Shown: in pieces, positions 18,138 through 27,342 of the stretch
How the letters are laid out: every line of letters begins with the position of its first letter
Position numbering within the stretch: the stretch's first letter is position 1
Assembly: GCA_964436275.1 (NCBI GenBank)
Contig: CAYTBZ010000005.1
Location: forward strand, 1-52,071
Source: an uncultured Gammaproteobacteria bacterium
GTDB lineage: Bacteria > Patescibacteriota > Patescibacteriia > UBA2591 > CAYTBZ01
DNA: 52,071 nt
Direction of reading: 5' to 3'
Translations under genes and position numbers: made by a program
The notes under the pieces: model-generated
The model's database searches: none
What the model was told of the DNA's origin: nothing
Seen by the model: only the letters and a program-made list of their open reading frames with translations

Positions 18138-19165
18138 TAATCTTGAGAAATTAATTTAAGTTTTTCAATAATTTTTCTTTTAGATTTCTTATTCTTCTCT
18201 AAGAAAATCAGGTTGGCTGTTATTTGAACTAAATTTCTTAAAGCAAAATATCTTATTTTTATTTTATCATCTTGATTGATTCCCTTTTTGAAATAACTAT
18301 CCAAAAACAATTGTTTTGCCTTTTGATAAAATCTTTTATGCTTTTTCCCTAAATAAAAAAGAGACATTGATTTCAATTGAACCAAAAAGCGGGCGATATC
18401 ATCAAAATAATCATAAAGATAGGCATCACTAAAATCAATTATTTTTATTTTTTTACCATTGCGCAAAAAATTTCCTAAATGAATATCTCCATGAGAGATA
18501 CCATATTCTTCAACTTTATCAAATAAATAAAAATTATTTCTTTTTATATAATTCATTCTTTTGAGAACCTTCTTTATAGGTAAAAGACCTGGGCGATAAT
18601 ACTTTTTTAAAAGATACAACCAATGCCGAATTTCTGAATTTTCTACATTTTTTGTTTTCAAAGGAAATTTAGTTTTATTGCTTATTGGCAAATGATGAAT
18701 TTTGTAAAGCAATTTAGCCATTGAGGGAACAAAATTCAAAATTATATCGGTCTCTCTTTTTTCTAAAAGAGTTTGAAAGCTTGTTCCTGGCACATTTTCA
18801 TAAAGAAGCAAATTATATTTTTCTAAATAATCCAATGGCTTAACCAAATATTTTTTAAATCCCTTCTGTCGGAGGTATTTAAGGAAGAGATAATGATTTC
18901 TTGGATTATCAAAAGCGCAATTTTTAGTCCTTTTCAATCTTCCCTGAATCGTCTTCTGGCGTTTTGAAGAATTAAATTTTATTTTTAATTTATACTCTAA
19001 AGATAAACTTTCATAATTAAGAAAATTCTTTCTTAACTTGATTTCAACCTCATCAACGGCTAATGCTTTTGGAAAATATCTCTTAATTCTTGAATTAAAA
19101 AATTTTTTCATAAATAAAGGGTTGAGAATTTGTTGAATTAGTTCTTTCTTTACTTGATTTCTCAT
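18131..19165 (-). CDS. APH/choline-kinase-fold phosphotransferase
   Basis: LLLYENVPG hinge region, HGDIHLGNFL catalytic loop, IIDFSDA metal-binding loop. Confidence 0.85.
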   Translation of the reverse strand: MRNQVKKELIQQILNPLFMKKFFNSRIKRYFPKALAVDEVEIKLRKNFLNYESLSLEYKLKIKFNSSKRQKTIQGRLKRTKNCAFDNPRNHYLFLKYLRQKGFKKYLVKPLDYLEKYNLLLYENVPGTSFQTLLEKRETDIILNFVPSMAKLLYKIHHLPISNKTKFPLKTKNVENSEIRHWLYLLKKYYRPGLLPIKKVLKRMNYIKRNNFYLFDKVEEYGISHGDIHLGNFLRNGKKIKIIDFSDAYLYDYFDDIARFLVQLKSMSLFYLGKKHKRFYQKAKQLFLDSYFKKGINQDDKIKIRYFALRNLVQITANLIFLEKNKKSKRKIIEKLKLISQDYW

Positions 19166-19166
19166 T

Positions 19167-21248
19167 TTATGAGGTTAAGAACCAAATTAATCTTTGAAGT
19201 AAAGCGTCTATTTTAGAAAGAATAATAATTAAAGGTTTTTTAAAATTAAATTTTATTTTCTTCTCTCGAGATAAATTATAGCCAGTAATCTTAAATTTAA
19301 ACAAAACTCCTTCCTTTGAGCAAGGAATTTCTACTTTCAATTGACCTTCCTTATCTTCTTTGAAAAAACGAGGAAGCCAGCCAAGCGTCTGGGAAACAAC
19401 AGCAACTTTTAAATATTTCCCTTTTAATTTATCTCTTTTCTTTAAATAATCCAATACCTTGGCTAATAAACTGTTCTTTTCGAAAATTATTTCTAATTTA
19501 TTTCCTTTTTTTAAGCGATAAGTCAGTTGACCAAAAGAATGTACTTTTTCTTTTTTATCAAACTCTATTTTAGAACAACTATTCCAGCCCTCTCTTAAAT
19601 AAAATTTAATCTCTTTTCCGGGAAACTCTGCTAGATAAAAATTATTATATTTATCCCAAAAAGCCCCTAAAGGATGAGATTGTTTATCTTTTTTGTCAAT
19701 AACTGCTTTAATTTTAGAAAAAAGAGTCAAAAATTGTTCTTCTTGAAATTTATCCTTATTAAAATCCTTAAAATAATTCTCTGCCAAAGGAGAAAATTCA
19801 TCTAAAGAATGCTCCCAAAATGATTTTAAGGAAGGAAGCGTCCTGCTTGCCCTTAAATCATCAATTATATGAAGAACATCATAAATATCAGTTCCTTGTT
19901 TTAACTTTTCTAAAGCATCGCGCCATTTTATCGCTTTTTCAAATTCTAAATTTGCTGCCGCTTTTTTCATCTCATCCTCCAATTCTAAGATAATTAAATT
20001 ATACCATTCTTTAGACACTCTTTCTTTAAAGGGCTTTTTGTTCTCTGTCCCTAATGCCTGACGATAGCGATGCCTAATAATTCCTTTCCTCTGCCAATCA
20101 AAAGCAATAGCCAAAATTTTTTGATAATACTCATTGGCTTTCTCTTTCTCTTTTAAAGAAGCATTAGGTAAAGCATTAACCACTTCTCTCAATTGATAAG
20201 CACCTTGTTCTATCATCTCTAAACTCCACCAAGGTTTTGCTGAAGCCCACCAAAACTGGTCTGATTGAAGCGACTTATCTAAAAGTTCCCTTGCCTTTCC
20301 TAAGGGCTGATTTTCCCTTTCTGCTTTTTCTACTAAATCAATTACAAAATAAGTAAAATCCCATTGAAGTTTATGAGTAGGATTAGAAGGATCCTGCCAA
20401 AGAAGGAAAGGAGAAAAAGTTCCCTGTTTTTTCTCCTTATCTAACCAGAAATCCTGTTCTTCAGACGACCAAGTAGATTCCCGGACTTCAATTTCTTCAT
20501 CAACGCTAAACTCTTCTACTAGTTCAGAAACTAATACATTCTTAAAAGGCGCTTCTTGATAAAGATTAAAAAGAAACTTCTCTAAACCAGGGCGATGGTG
20601 GCCAAAAGTTTCACCATCCATTACTGTCAGAAGATAACGGTTTTTTTTCAATTCTTCCCCTAATTCAGCCAAAAGTGATGCTTTGCTTCGTATTATTGCT
20701 GAAAGAATTAGAACACTAATTCTTTTATCACGAAAGACAATTTTTAAAGAGGGAATATTTTTAATTGAATAAATTTTCTGAAAATCAGGTTTTATTGAAG
20801 AAGCAAATTCTTCAGCCACTATCCACTGAAATCCTAACTGACTGACAAGATTGGCTAATTTGTAACTAAAAGCCAATTCAGGAGAAAAAAATCCTTTTGG
20901 CTGATAATTTTTGCCAAAGTATTTCTGACAAGTTTGATTATGCAAATTAATTTGTCTTTTAATCTCTTTCTCCGGAAGAAGGGGTAAAAAGGGATGATAC
21001 ATTGCGCTACCAGTAAGTTCTATTTGTCCTCTTCTAAGTAAATATCCAATATCATCAATAACATCATCATAGCCATTCTGCTCTAAAAGTTCTAACAATC
21101 CGCCATTAACATTCAAGGTCAATCTTGCTTTTTTGTTCTTTTTAAACCCATCTAAAAGAGGACGATAAGATTCATTAACTATTCTTTCCAAAATATCACT
21201 TTGCTGATTATGTGGTTGATAAATGTGAAGAAAATTCGCCCAACGCAT
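19167..21248 (-). CDS. Glycoside hydrolase family 57 protein with UVR motif and extra C-terminal domain
   Basis: FLHIYQP, ELTGSAMYHPFLPL, FFSPE (nucleophile Glu), MDGETFGHH (acid/base Asp), SDQFWW; ELEDEMKKAAANLEFEKAIKWRD is a UVR-like motif. Confidence 0.85.
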   Translation of the reverse strand: MRWANFLHIYQPHNQQSDILERIVNESYRPLLDGFKKNKKARLTLNVNGGLLELLEQNGYDDVIDDIGYLLRRGQIELTGSAMYHPFLPLLPEKEIKRQINLHNQTCQKYFGKNYQPKGFFSPELAFSYKLANLVSQLGFQWIVAEEFASSIKPDFQKIYSIKNIPSLKIVFRDKRISVLILSAIIRSKASLLAELGEELKKNRYLLTVMDGETFGHHRPGLEKFLFNLYQEAPFKNVLVSELVEEFSVDEEIEVRESTWSSEEQDFWLDKEKKQGTFSPFLLWQDPSNPTHKLQWDFTYFVIDLVEKAERENQPLGKARELLDKSLQSDQFWWASAKPWWSLEMIEQGAYQLREVVNALPNASLKEKEKANEYYQKILAIAFDWQRKGIIRHRYRQALGTENKKPFKERVSKEWYNLIILELEDEMKKAAANLEFEKAIKWRDALEKLKQGTDIYDVLHIIDDLRASRTLPSLKSFWEHSLDEFSPLAENYFKDFNKDKFQEEQFLTLFSKIKAVIDKKDKQSHPLGAFWDKYNNFYLAEFPGKEIKFYLREGWNSCSKIEFDKKEKVHSFGQLTYRLKKGNKLEIIFEKNSLLAKVLDYLKKRDKLKGKYLKVAVVSQTLGWLPRFFKEDKEGQLKVEIPCSKEGVLFKFKITGYNLSREKKIKFNFKKPLIIILSKIDALLQRLIWFLTS

Positions 21249-21252
21249 AGAT

Positions 21253-22446
21253 TTAAAAGAAATACTGATTAACTTTTTTATTTTTTTTATAGACCTGTCT
21301 TATTTTTCTAAATTTTTTTGATTTATCCCATTCTCTCAACAATTCTTTAATTTTATGAGATAAATTTATCACTTTTTTCTTATCTTTTAAAGGGATTGAT
21401 TTTGAACTAAAAACAATTTTTTCTAAACCATTTAAATAATCCTCAACAAAACCCGGATACCACCAAGGCATTGCTGAAGCCCACCAAAAAGGATCACTAT
21501 TAAGATATTTATCTAATTGTTCACGCCCGTTTTTAGAAGGATACTTTTTTATCAATCTCAAAACTAAATAGAGTAACTTCCACAAATAATAATGAATCAT
21601 ATTGCCCGGATAATTCCAAAGAGCATAAGGAATGTTTTCTTCAAGCTCATTCTCTTTTGAAGACCAAGAGGAGGGAAAAGGTTCAATTATTTGAGGTCTT
21701 GATGGTAAAATTTTCAAAAGTTCAGAATAAAATTTTGTCTCTGTTTTCTTGGCTATTCTTTGCCAAACTTTAGCCATTCCTTTATGGTGATGACCTAGAT
21801 TTTCTCCGTCCATAGCCGTCAAAATATATTTTTTACATCTCTTATCTTTACTTACTGAGCGGAAAAATTTTTTTGCTGAATTAAGCCAAGAACTTAAGAA
21901 TAAGTCAGAAAGAAAACGATTTCTAAAAAAAACTTTTAAATTTGTTCCCTTAATTTGATAAAGTTTGTCAAAAGAAACTAAGCCAAACTTTTTTTGATAA
22001 GCAATCTCATCAAGAATAATCCATTGATAGCCCAATTTATCAATTATTTTAGCTAATTTTTGGCTATAAGCCATTTCTGGGGGGAAAAAGCCCCTTGGTT
22101 GATAGATTTTACCAAAATATTTTCGATTAACTAAATAATTGAGTTTAATCTGACGGATAATTTCATCCTCAGGCAATAATGGTAAGAAAGAATGAAATTT
22201 AGCGCTTCCTAATAACTCTATTTGATTCCTTTTGGCCAAAAACCTTATTTTCTGAATTATTCTTTTATATCCGTTTTTTATTAAAAGTTCGGTTAAACTT
22301 CCGCTGATATTAAGAGAAATTTTTATCTGTTTATTATTTTCTAAAATAAAAAAAATTTTTTGATAACTCTCTCTAACTACTTTATCTAAAATCTTCTTTT
22401 TTTGATTTGCTGGCTGATAAATATGTAAAAGATTAGCCCAAACCAT
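21253..22446 (-). CDS. Glycoside hydrolase family 57 protein (short paralog)
   Basis: LLHIYQP, ELLGSAKFHSFLPL, FFPPE, MDGENLGHH and SDPFWW motifs. Confidence 0.85.
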   Translation of the reverse strand: MVWANLLHIYQPANQKKKILDKVVRESYQKIFFILENNKQIKISLNISGSLTELLIKNGYKRIIQKIRFLAKRNQIELLGSAKFHSFLPLLPEDEIIRQIKLNYLVNRKYFGKIYQPRGFFPPEMAYSQKLAKIIDKLGYQWIILDEIAYQKKFGLVSFDKLYQIKGTNLKVFFRNRFLSDLFLSSWLNSAKKFFRSVSKDKRCKKYILTAMDGENLGHHHKGMAKVWQRIAKKTETKFYSELLKILPSRPQIIEPFPSSWSSKENELEENIPYALWNYPGNMIHYYLWKLLYLVLRLIKKYPSKNGREQLDKYLNSDPFWWASAMPWWYPGFVEDYLNGLEKIVFSSKSIPLKDKKKVINLSHKIKELLREWDKSKKFRKIRQVYKKNKKVNQYFF

Positions 22447-22456
22447 TTAATAATAA

Positions 22457-23935
22457 TTAATGCTGATTGTTCTTCATTTTTAAAGCCCGGCGATAAAGAA
22501 GTAAGTATTTTTTAGTAGGTAAATTCCAAGAAAATGACTCCTTCATTGCCTGCCAAGTCAATTTTCCCCAAACTTGAGGATATTTATAAGTTTCCACAGC
22601 CCGAGTAATGGCTACCAAGAGATCAGCTGGTTCATAAGTTTTAAAAACAAATCCATTTCCTCTTCCTGTGCGTGGATTAAAATCAGAAATTGTATCTGAA
22701 AGTCCTCCAGTCTCATGAACAATAGGAATAGAACCGTAACGCAAACTTTTTAATTGTGAAATTCCACAAGGTTCAAAACGAGAAGGCATTAAGTACATAT
22801 CTGAACCAGCAAAAACCTTTCTCTCCATTTCTTCAGAAAAAGGATTAATAAAAGCAATTTTAGAAGGATATTTACGACTTATTTTTTTAAAAAAATCAAC
22901 GTATTCTTTTTGTCCACTGCCAACAATAACTAACTCTAAATTTTGTCTTAAAAGAGGTTTAATTATCTCTTTAATCAATTCAAATCCTTTTTGTTCGGTT
23001 AAACGACTGGTTAAACCAAGAATAGGTATATTTTTATCTACTTCTAAATTTAATTCCTTTTGTAAAGCCAATTTATTCTTTATTTTCTTATCTAAAGAAT
23101 TTTGATCATAATTATAGTAAATATATTTATCAAAAAGGGGATTAAAAACGCTATAATCAATCCCGTTTATTATTCCAAAAACACGTTCCTTTCTTTTGCG
23201 TAAAAGCCCATCTAATTCTTGACCAAATTCTGGGGTAAGAATTTCTTTAGCATGACGTTCAGAAACAGTATTAATAACATCAGCAAAACGAATTCCTCTT
23301 TTCATAAAATTTATTCTTTCAATTTTGTCTTTATCTTGAGGAGGCAAATTTTTTCCGTCGTCCCTTTCCTCTAACGGAATTTTCCACCAACTATGCCCCA
23401 ACTGAAAACTAATGTTATGAATTGTATAAACAATGGCTGTTTGATTAAAAAGAGGATTCTCTTTTTCGTTTAATTTTAGATAATTGGGGATTAGACCTGT
23501 CTGCCAATCATGACAATGAATTATGTTTGGTTCAAAATTCAACAATTTTAATAATTCTATAGAAGCCAAATCAAAGAGCATAAAACGAAGATTATCATTA
23601 GGATATCCATATAACTTGGAATGGCAGCCAAATAATTTATATTGGTCAACAAAATAAACAGGTAAATCTTTGATTAATTCACTTTTAAAAAAACGACAAA
23701 GATATTTTTCTCCAGCAACAGAAAGAGGAATTTCTGAATCAACTAATTCGGCTTTAATTTCGCCTTTATTTATTTTTTCTCGAATAAATCCATATAGAGG
23801 AGTAATAATAATCACTTGGTGACCCAATTTAACTAAATGAGTAGTTAAGGCGCTAACCACATCGGCCAAACCACCAGTTTTAGAAAAAGGGGCTACTTCA
23901 GAAGCAATATGAACAATTTTTAAATGACGAGACAT
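22457..23935 (-). CDS. glgA: Glycogen/starch synthase (GT5), copy 1
   Basis: KTGGLADV, HCHDWQT, TIHNI, GIINGID, MPSRFEPCGI and TGGLSDTI motifs. Confidence 0.93.
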   Translation of the reverse strand: MSRHLKIVHIASEVAPFSKTGGLADVVSALTTHLVKLGHQVIIITPLYGFIREKINKGEIKAELVDSEIPLSVAGEKYLCRFFKSELIKDLPVYFVDQYKLFGCHSKLYGYPNDNLRFMLFDLASIELLKLLNFEPNIIHCHDWQTGLIPNYLKLNEKENPLFNQTAIVYTIHNISFQLGHSWWKIPLEERDDGKNLPPQDKDKIERINFMKRGIRFADVINTVSERHAKEILTPEFGQELDGLLRKRKERVFGIINGIDYSVFNPLFDKYIYYNYDQNSLDKKIKNKLALQKELNLEVDKNIPILGLTSRLTEQKGFELIKEIIKPLLRQNLELVIVGSGQKEYVDFFKKISRKYPSKIAFINPFSEEMERKVFAGSDMYLMPSRFEPCGISQLKSLRYGSIPIVHETGGLSDTISDFNPRTGRGNGFVFKTYEPADLLVAITRAVETYKYPQVWGKLTWQAMKESFSWNLPTKKYLLLYRRALKMKNNQH

Positions 23936-23941
23936 AATAAA

Positions 23942-25051
23942 TTAAATAACTTTTAGAAATCGGCTGCTTAGAATAAACATTGCTTCAGACCAACAAAGAG
24001 GATAAATCCCTTGACGAAAATCATCAAAAATTTGTTCAGGTAAATATCCTTTATATTTATCCGCCTTTCTAACCACCCAAAGGTAATATTTCCAAGCCCT
24101 TTTCTTGTTTCCTCTTAAAACCCAATAAATACTCATCCAAAAATTTAAGGCTGGCCAAGCACCCCCTCCTTCCCAAGCTGAACCCTCACTGTCAAAATAA
24201 TCATACTCATAACGATGAACACCGCCTTTTATTACTATTCTTTTTTCCATCATTTCTATTGTCTTTTTTATTCTCAAATCATCTGCTGGATAAATTTCAA
24301 ATGGCCAAACTAGACCCAAAAGAGAAGCGTCTATATTTTTATCATCTATTCTTCCGTGGTTACGATAAAAATATCCGTCTTTTTCTGAATACGCCTCATC
24401 AATTTTGGAAATCATTTGTAGAGCGGTTTCTTTCCATACTTTTTTAGCAATAATTTCATAGGCACAAAGAAGTCCTCGGGCACAAGCAGCCAAAGAGTAA
24501 GTAAAATTATTTTGCATTGTTGTTGAGGTCTGACGACTTGTTTCTTCCCAAAGGTCAACAGTGTGTCGCAAAAAATATTTTCCTCCCCAAACCTCTACTA
24601 ATCCATTAGCTAACCTTTCTATTAATTCCTGAAATTTAAGAGCCCTTTTTAAATCTTTTTTAAAGTACTTATAATAATGGTGAATAGTATAAAGAGTAAT
24701 ACCCATTTGGTCTGGTTGAAATGCCTTGCCCATACTACCAAATTGTCCGTTGGTAGAATAATTAGCAAAAAGAAGTTTTTCTCTTTTAAAATCACGCGGC
24801 CTTTCTTCTAACCATTTAAAAAATGGTTCCTGAATCTCCATCTTTAAAATCTCTCCGGCTAAACAAGTAAAGCAAGCATCTCTTGGCCAAACCCAGCGGT
24901 AATTAAAGGCCTCACGAGGATAATAAGGTTTATCTGTATTAGCAGCAACAATAGCGCCATTCTCCAAAACACAATCTTTAATTACCTCCTTAGCCCTTTT
25001 AATCATCTTTTTTATTTTTGCTTTTAAGGTAGGAGAAAGTTGATTAAACAT
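23942..25051 (-). CDS. GH15-like glucoamylase/six-hairpin glycosidase
   Basis: YRWVWPRD, DLWEE (general acid region), DASLLGL and YLPEQ (general base region) motifs. Confidence 0.8.
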   Translation of the reverse strand: MFNQLSPTLKAKIKKMIKRAKEVIKDCVLENGAIVAANTDKPYYPREAFNYRWVWPRDACFTCLAGEILKMEIQEPFFKWLEERPRDFKREKLLFANYSTNGQFGSMGKAFQPDQMGITLYTIHHYYKYFKKDLKRALKFQELIERLANGLVEVWGGKYFLRHTVDLWEETSRQTSTTMQNNFTYSLAACARGLLCAYEIIAKKVWKETALQMISKIDEAYSEKDGYFYRNHGRIDDKNIDASLLGLVWPFEIYPADDLRIKKTIEMMEKRIVIKGGVHRYEYDYFDSEGSAWEGGGAWPALNFWMSIYWVLRGNKKRAWKYYLWVVRKADKYKGYLPEQIFDDFRQGIYPLCWSEAMFILSSRFLKVI

Positions 25052-25055
25052 AAAT

Positions 25056-25586
25056 TCATTTAGAATTGATAACTTTTTTATTAAATTTTTCTATTTGAAG
25101 ACAAGTAAGAGCAAGGGCTAAAGCATCAGCCGCATCATCTGGCTGGGGAATTGTCTTAAGTTTCAAAATATTTTTAACCATCTTTTGAATCTGTTTTTTA
25201 TCGGCTTGACCATAACCAGTGATAGCCATTTTTACTTGAAGTGGAGTAAATTCCACAAGAGGAATTTTTTTCTTTATGATTGTATATAAAATAACTCCCC
25301 GCGCCTCGCCAACTTGAATAGCTGTCTTAACATTTCTGGCGAAGAAAATTTTTTCTAAAGCAATTTTTGTTGGTCGGTATTTTTGAATAATTTCGCCCAA
25401 TTTCTGATGTATTTTTTCTAATCTCTTTGCCAAGGATTGACCGGCTTTTGTCCTAATAACTCCGTAGGTTATCAAATGAGGTTCTCTTGATGTTGAAGAA
25501 TGAACTCCTAAGCCAATAAGACCAAAACCAACACTAGCCACGCCCGGATCAATACCAAGGATTATTTCTTTTTTTCTATTCTTCAT
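25056..25586 (-). CDS. ruvC: Holliday junction resolvase RuvC
   Basis: ILGIDPG, IALEKIFF, VGEARGV, TPLQVK, GYGQADKKQ and DDAADALA motifs. Confidence 0.96.
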   Translation of the reverse strand: MKNRKKEIILGIDPGVASVGFGLIGLGVHSSTSREPHLITYGVIRTKAGQSLAKRLEKIHQKLGEIIQKYRPTKIALEKIFFARNVKTAIQVGEARGVILYTIIKKKIPLVEFTPLQVKMAITGYGQADKKQIQKMVKNILKLKTIPQPDDAADALALALTCLQIEKFNKKVINSK

Positions 25587-26301
25587 TGGTATAATAATTA
25601 TCCACTTCCTGACACTCGTCTAATTCTAAATATAACTTTTCCAATTTCTGCTTTACGCCAGCATCTTCTACCTTAACTTTATTCTTGGCTACCATTTCCA
25701 CTTCTGCATAATTAATTGAAAATCCTTCTTGCTCCAATCCCTCTTTAATTTTTTGTAAATTTTCTGGAAGAGTAAAAATAATTATCTCACCGTTTTCTTC
25801 TTTAATATCTTCAGCCCCTAATTCAATGGCTTTTAATTCAATTTTCTCCTTATCTTCAGGTTTACCACTTTCGCTTAAACGAATTACACCTTTTGTTTCA
25901 AACATCCAAAGCACACTCTTGGGCTCACCTAAACGGCCTTGATATTTATTTAAAATATGTTTTAAATTAGCCACTGCCCGGTTTTTGTTATCAGTAAGCA
26001 CTTCAATCACCATTGCTACTCCTCCCGGACCAAATGCCTCATAAACTACTTTTTCAATAGTTGCTCCAGAAAGCTTTCCGGTTCCTCTTTTAATCGCCCG
26101 CTCAATATTTTCTTTAGGCATATTGGCTTGCTTTGCTTTTTCTATGGCTAAACGCAATTTAAAATTAGTTTCCGGATTACCTCCGCCCTGACGAGCAGCC
26201 AAACTAATCGCTCTGGCTAATTTAGTAAAAAGAGCCCCCCTTTTCGCATCAGCCAACCCCTTTGACCTTTTAATTTGTGCCCATTTAGAATGACCAGACA
26301 T
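25576..26301 (-). CDS. yebC: YebC/PmpR family protein
   Basis: MSGHSKWAQIKRSKG, NMPKENIERAI, YEAFGPGGVA and TDNKNRA motifs. Confidence 0.95.
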   Translation of the reverse strand: MSGHSKWAQIKRSKGLADAKRGALFTKLARAISLAARQGGGNPETNFKLRLAIEKAKQANMPKENIERAIKRGTGKLSGATIEKVVYEAFGPGGVAMVIEVLTDNKNRAVANLKHILNKYQGRLGEPKSVLWMFETKGVIRLSESGKPEDKEKIELKAIELGAEDIKEENGEIIIFTLPENLQKIKEGLEQEGFSINYAEVEMVAKNKVKVEDAGVKQKLEKLYLELDECQEVDNYYTNEE

Positions 26302-26327
26302 AATAAAAAATTAAATATTTTCTTTTT

Positions 26328-26405
26328 AATATAGCAAAAAATGACTAACTAAACAAATCAAATCCTTTAGTTTTCCTTGACAAAATAAAAAAAATATGCT
26401 ATTCT
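26328..26405. promoter_or_regulatory. Divergent promoters (yebC operon on -, secreted-protein gene on +)
   Basis: Minus strand TTGTTT (26356-26351)-N17-TATATT (26333-26328) with TG; plus strand TTGACA (26377-26382)-N17-TATTCT (26400-26405) with TG. Confidence 0.6.
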
Positions 26406-26459
26406 TATCTTAAGTGTTCATTGAAAACAAAGGAAACAAACCCCAAAAAGGAGGGAAAG

Positions 26460-27248
26460 ATGAGAAAAATTGTCTTGATCGCCGTTGTTGTCACTGTTCT
26501 CCTGGCTACAGCAGCAGGCCAGATCCGGATAATTGAGAATCATGGAGTAGAAGTTGATGAAAACCTTAATCTTGTTGTGAGAGGAGGCAAATATGCTGTT
26601 TTTCCTTTGGCGCAGAATGTGGATTCTATTAAATTTGAAGTGATGCTTAACGAAGGGGGCTTTGTTGATTTTTACTTTTTTATAAATGAGAAAGGGACTG
26701 GACAAATGTTAAGGTTAGATTCCAGAAATTACCCTTCAGGCTTTGACCCTACGACTAGTTTTAAAAAATGGCGGTATATGCCTGAACCTGGACCTCATAA
26801 TTTGGAACCTGGTATTTTTCATAAAGTAACTATTTGGTTCAGACAAAATACTGGTTATGGTATAACTTCCACTGTTGCTTACGCTCGAATAGACAATGAA
26901 ACAGTAAAACCGATGGTGATTAAAAAAAGAGGGAATTGGGCAGCGATACATGGAGACCACTGGAAAAGTCCCGGAGGAAAATTCAGAAACATTCGATTTT
27001 TCGTTAGTACCCCGGATACCTCTACTCCTCCATCTAATACTTCTGCTGTTCTTGATACTTCTGCTGCCCCAACTCCTGCTCAAGCGGATTCAATAAGTAA
27101 ATCTCCTCCTCAGGTTCAGCAAACTGTTCAGCAAACTATGCTTGAAGGTAAATTCGAAGCGGAGATAGAAATTGCTAGCACTGAAGAAGGAGTAATTCTC
27201 ATAAAGATAAAGGAAATCAAACCAGTAAAAAGCAGCAAGGTAAAATAA
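26460..27248 (+). CDS. Secreted hypothetical protein, beta-rich (possible ConA-like/DUF1080-like) domain plus P/S/T-rich linker
   Basis: Likely start ATG 26460 after AGGAGGG, not TTG 26421; signal peptide MRKIVLIAVVVTVLLATAAG; FRNIRF at the end of the domain; TPDTSTPPSNTSAVLDTSAAPTP linker. Confidence 0.65.
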   Translation: MRKIVLIAVVVTVLLATAAGQIRIIENHGVEVDENLNLVVRGGKYAVFPLAQNVDSIKFEVMLNEGGFVDFYFFINEKGTGQMLRLDSRNYPSGFDPTTSFKKWRYMPEPGPHNLEPGIFHKVTIWFRQNTGYGITSTVAYARIDNETVKPMVIKKRGNWAAIHGDHWKSPGGKFRNIRFFVSTPDTSTPPSNTSAVLDTSAAPTPAQADSISKSPPQVQQTVQQTMLEGKFEAEIEIASTEEGVILIKIKEIKPVKSSKVK

Positions 27249-27261
27249 GCATCAAATAAAC

Positions 27262-27288
27262 AGGAGGTGGTTCTTCCACCTCCTTTTA
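27262..27288 (+). terminator. Intrinsic terminator
   Basis: AGGAGGTGG (27262-27270)/CCACCTCCT (27276-27284) stem followed by a T run. Confidence 0.8.
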
Positions 27289-27342
27289 AATTCTGGACAA
27301 AAAAAAGAAAATTTGTTATTTTAAAATAAATTAAATAAAAAG

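Noticed and set aside
25480-25515. Extra residues VHSSTSREPH in RuvC as a palindrome insertion
   Set aside because: No convincing inverted repeat in the DNA; probably ordinary loop variation.
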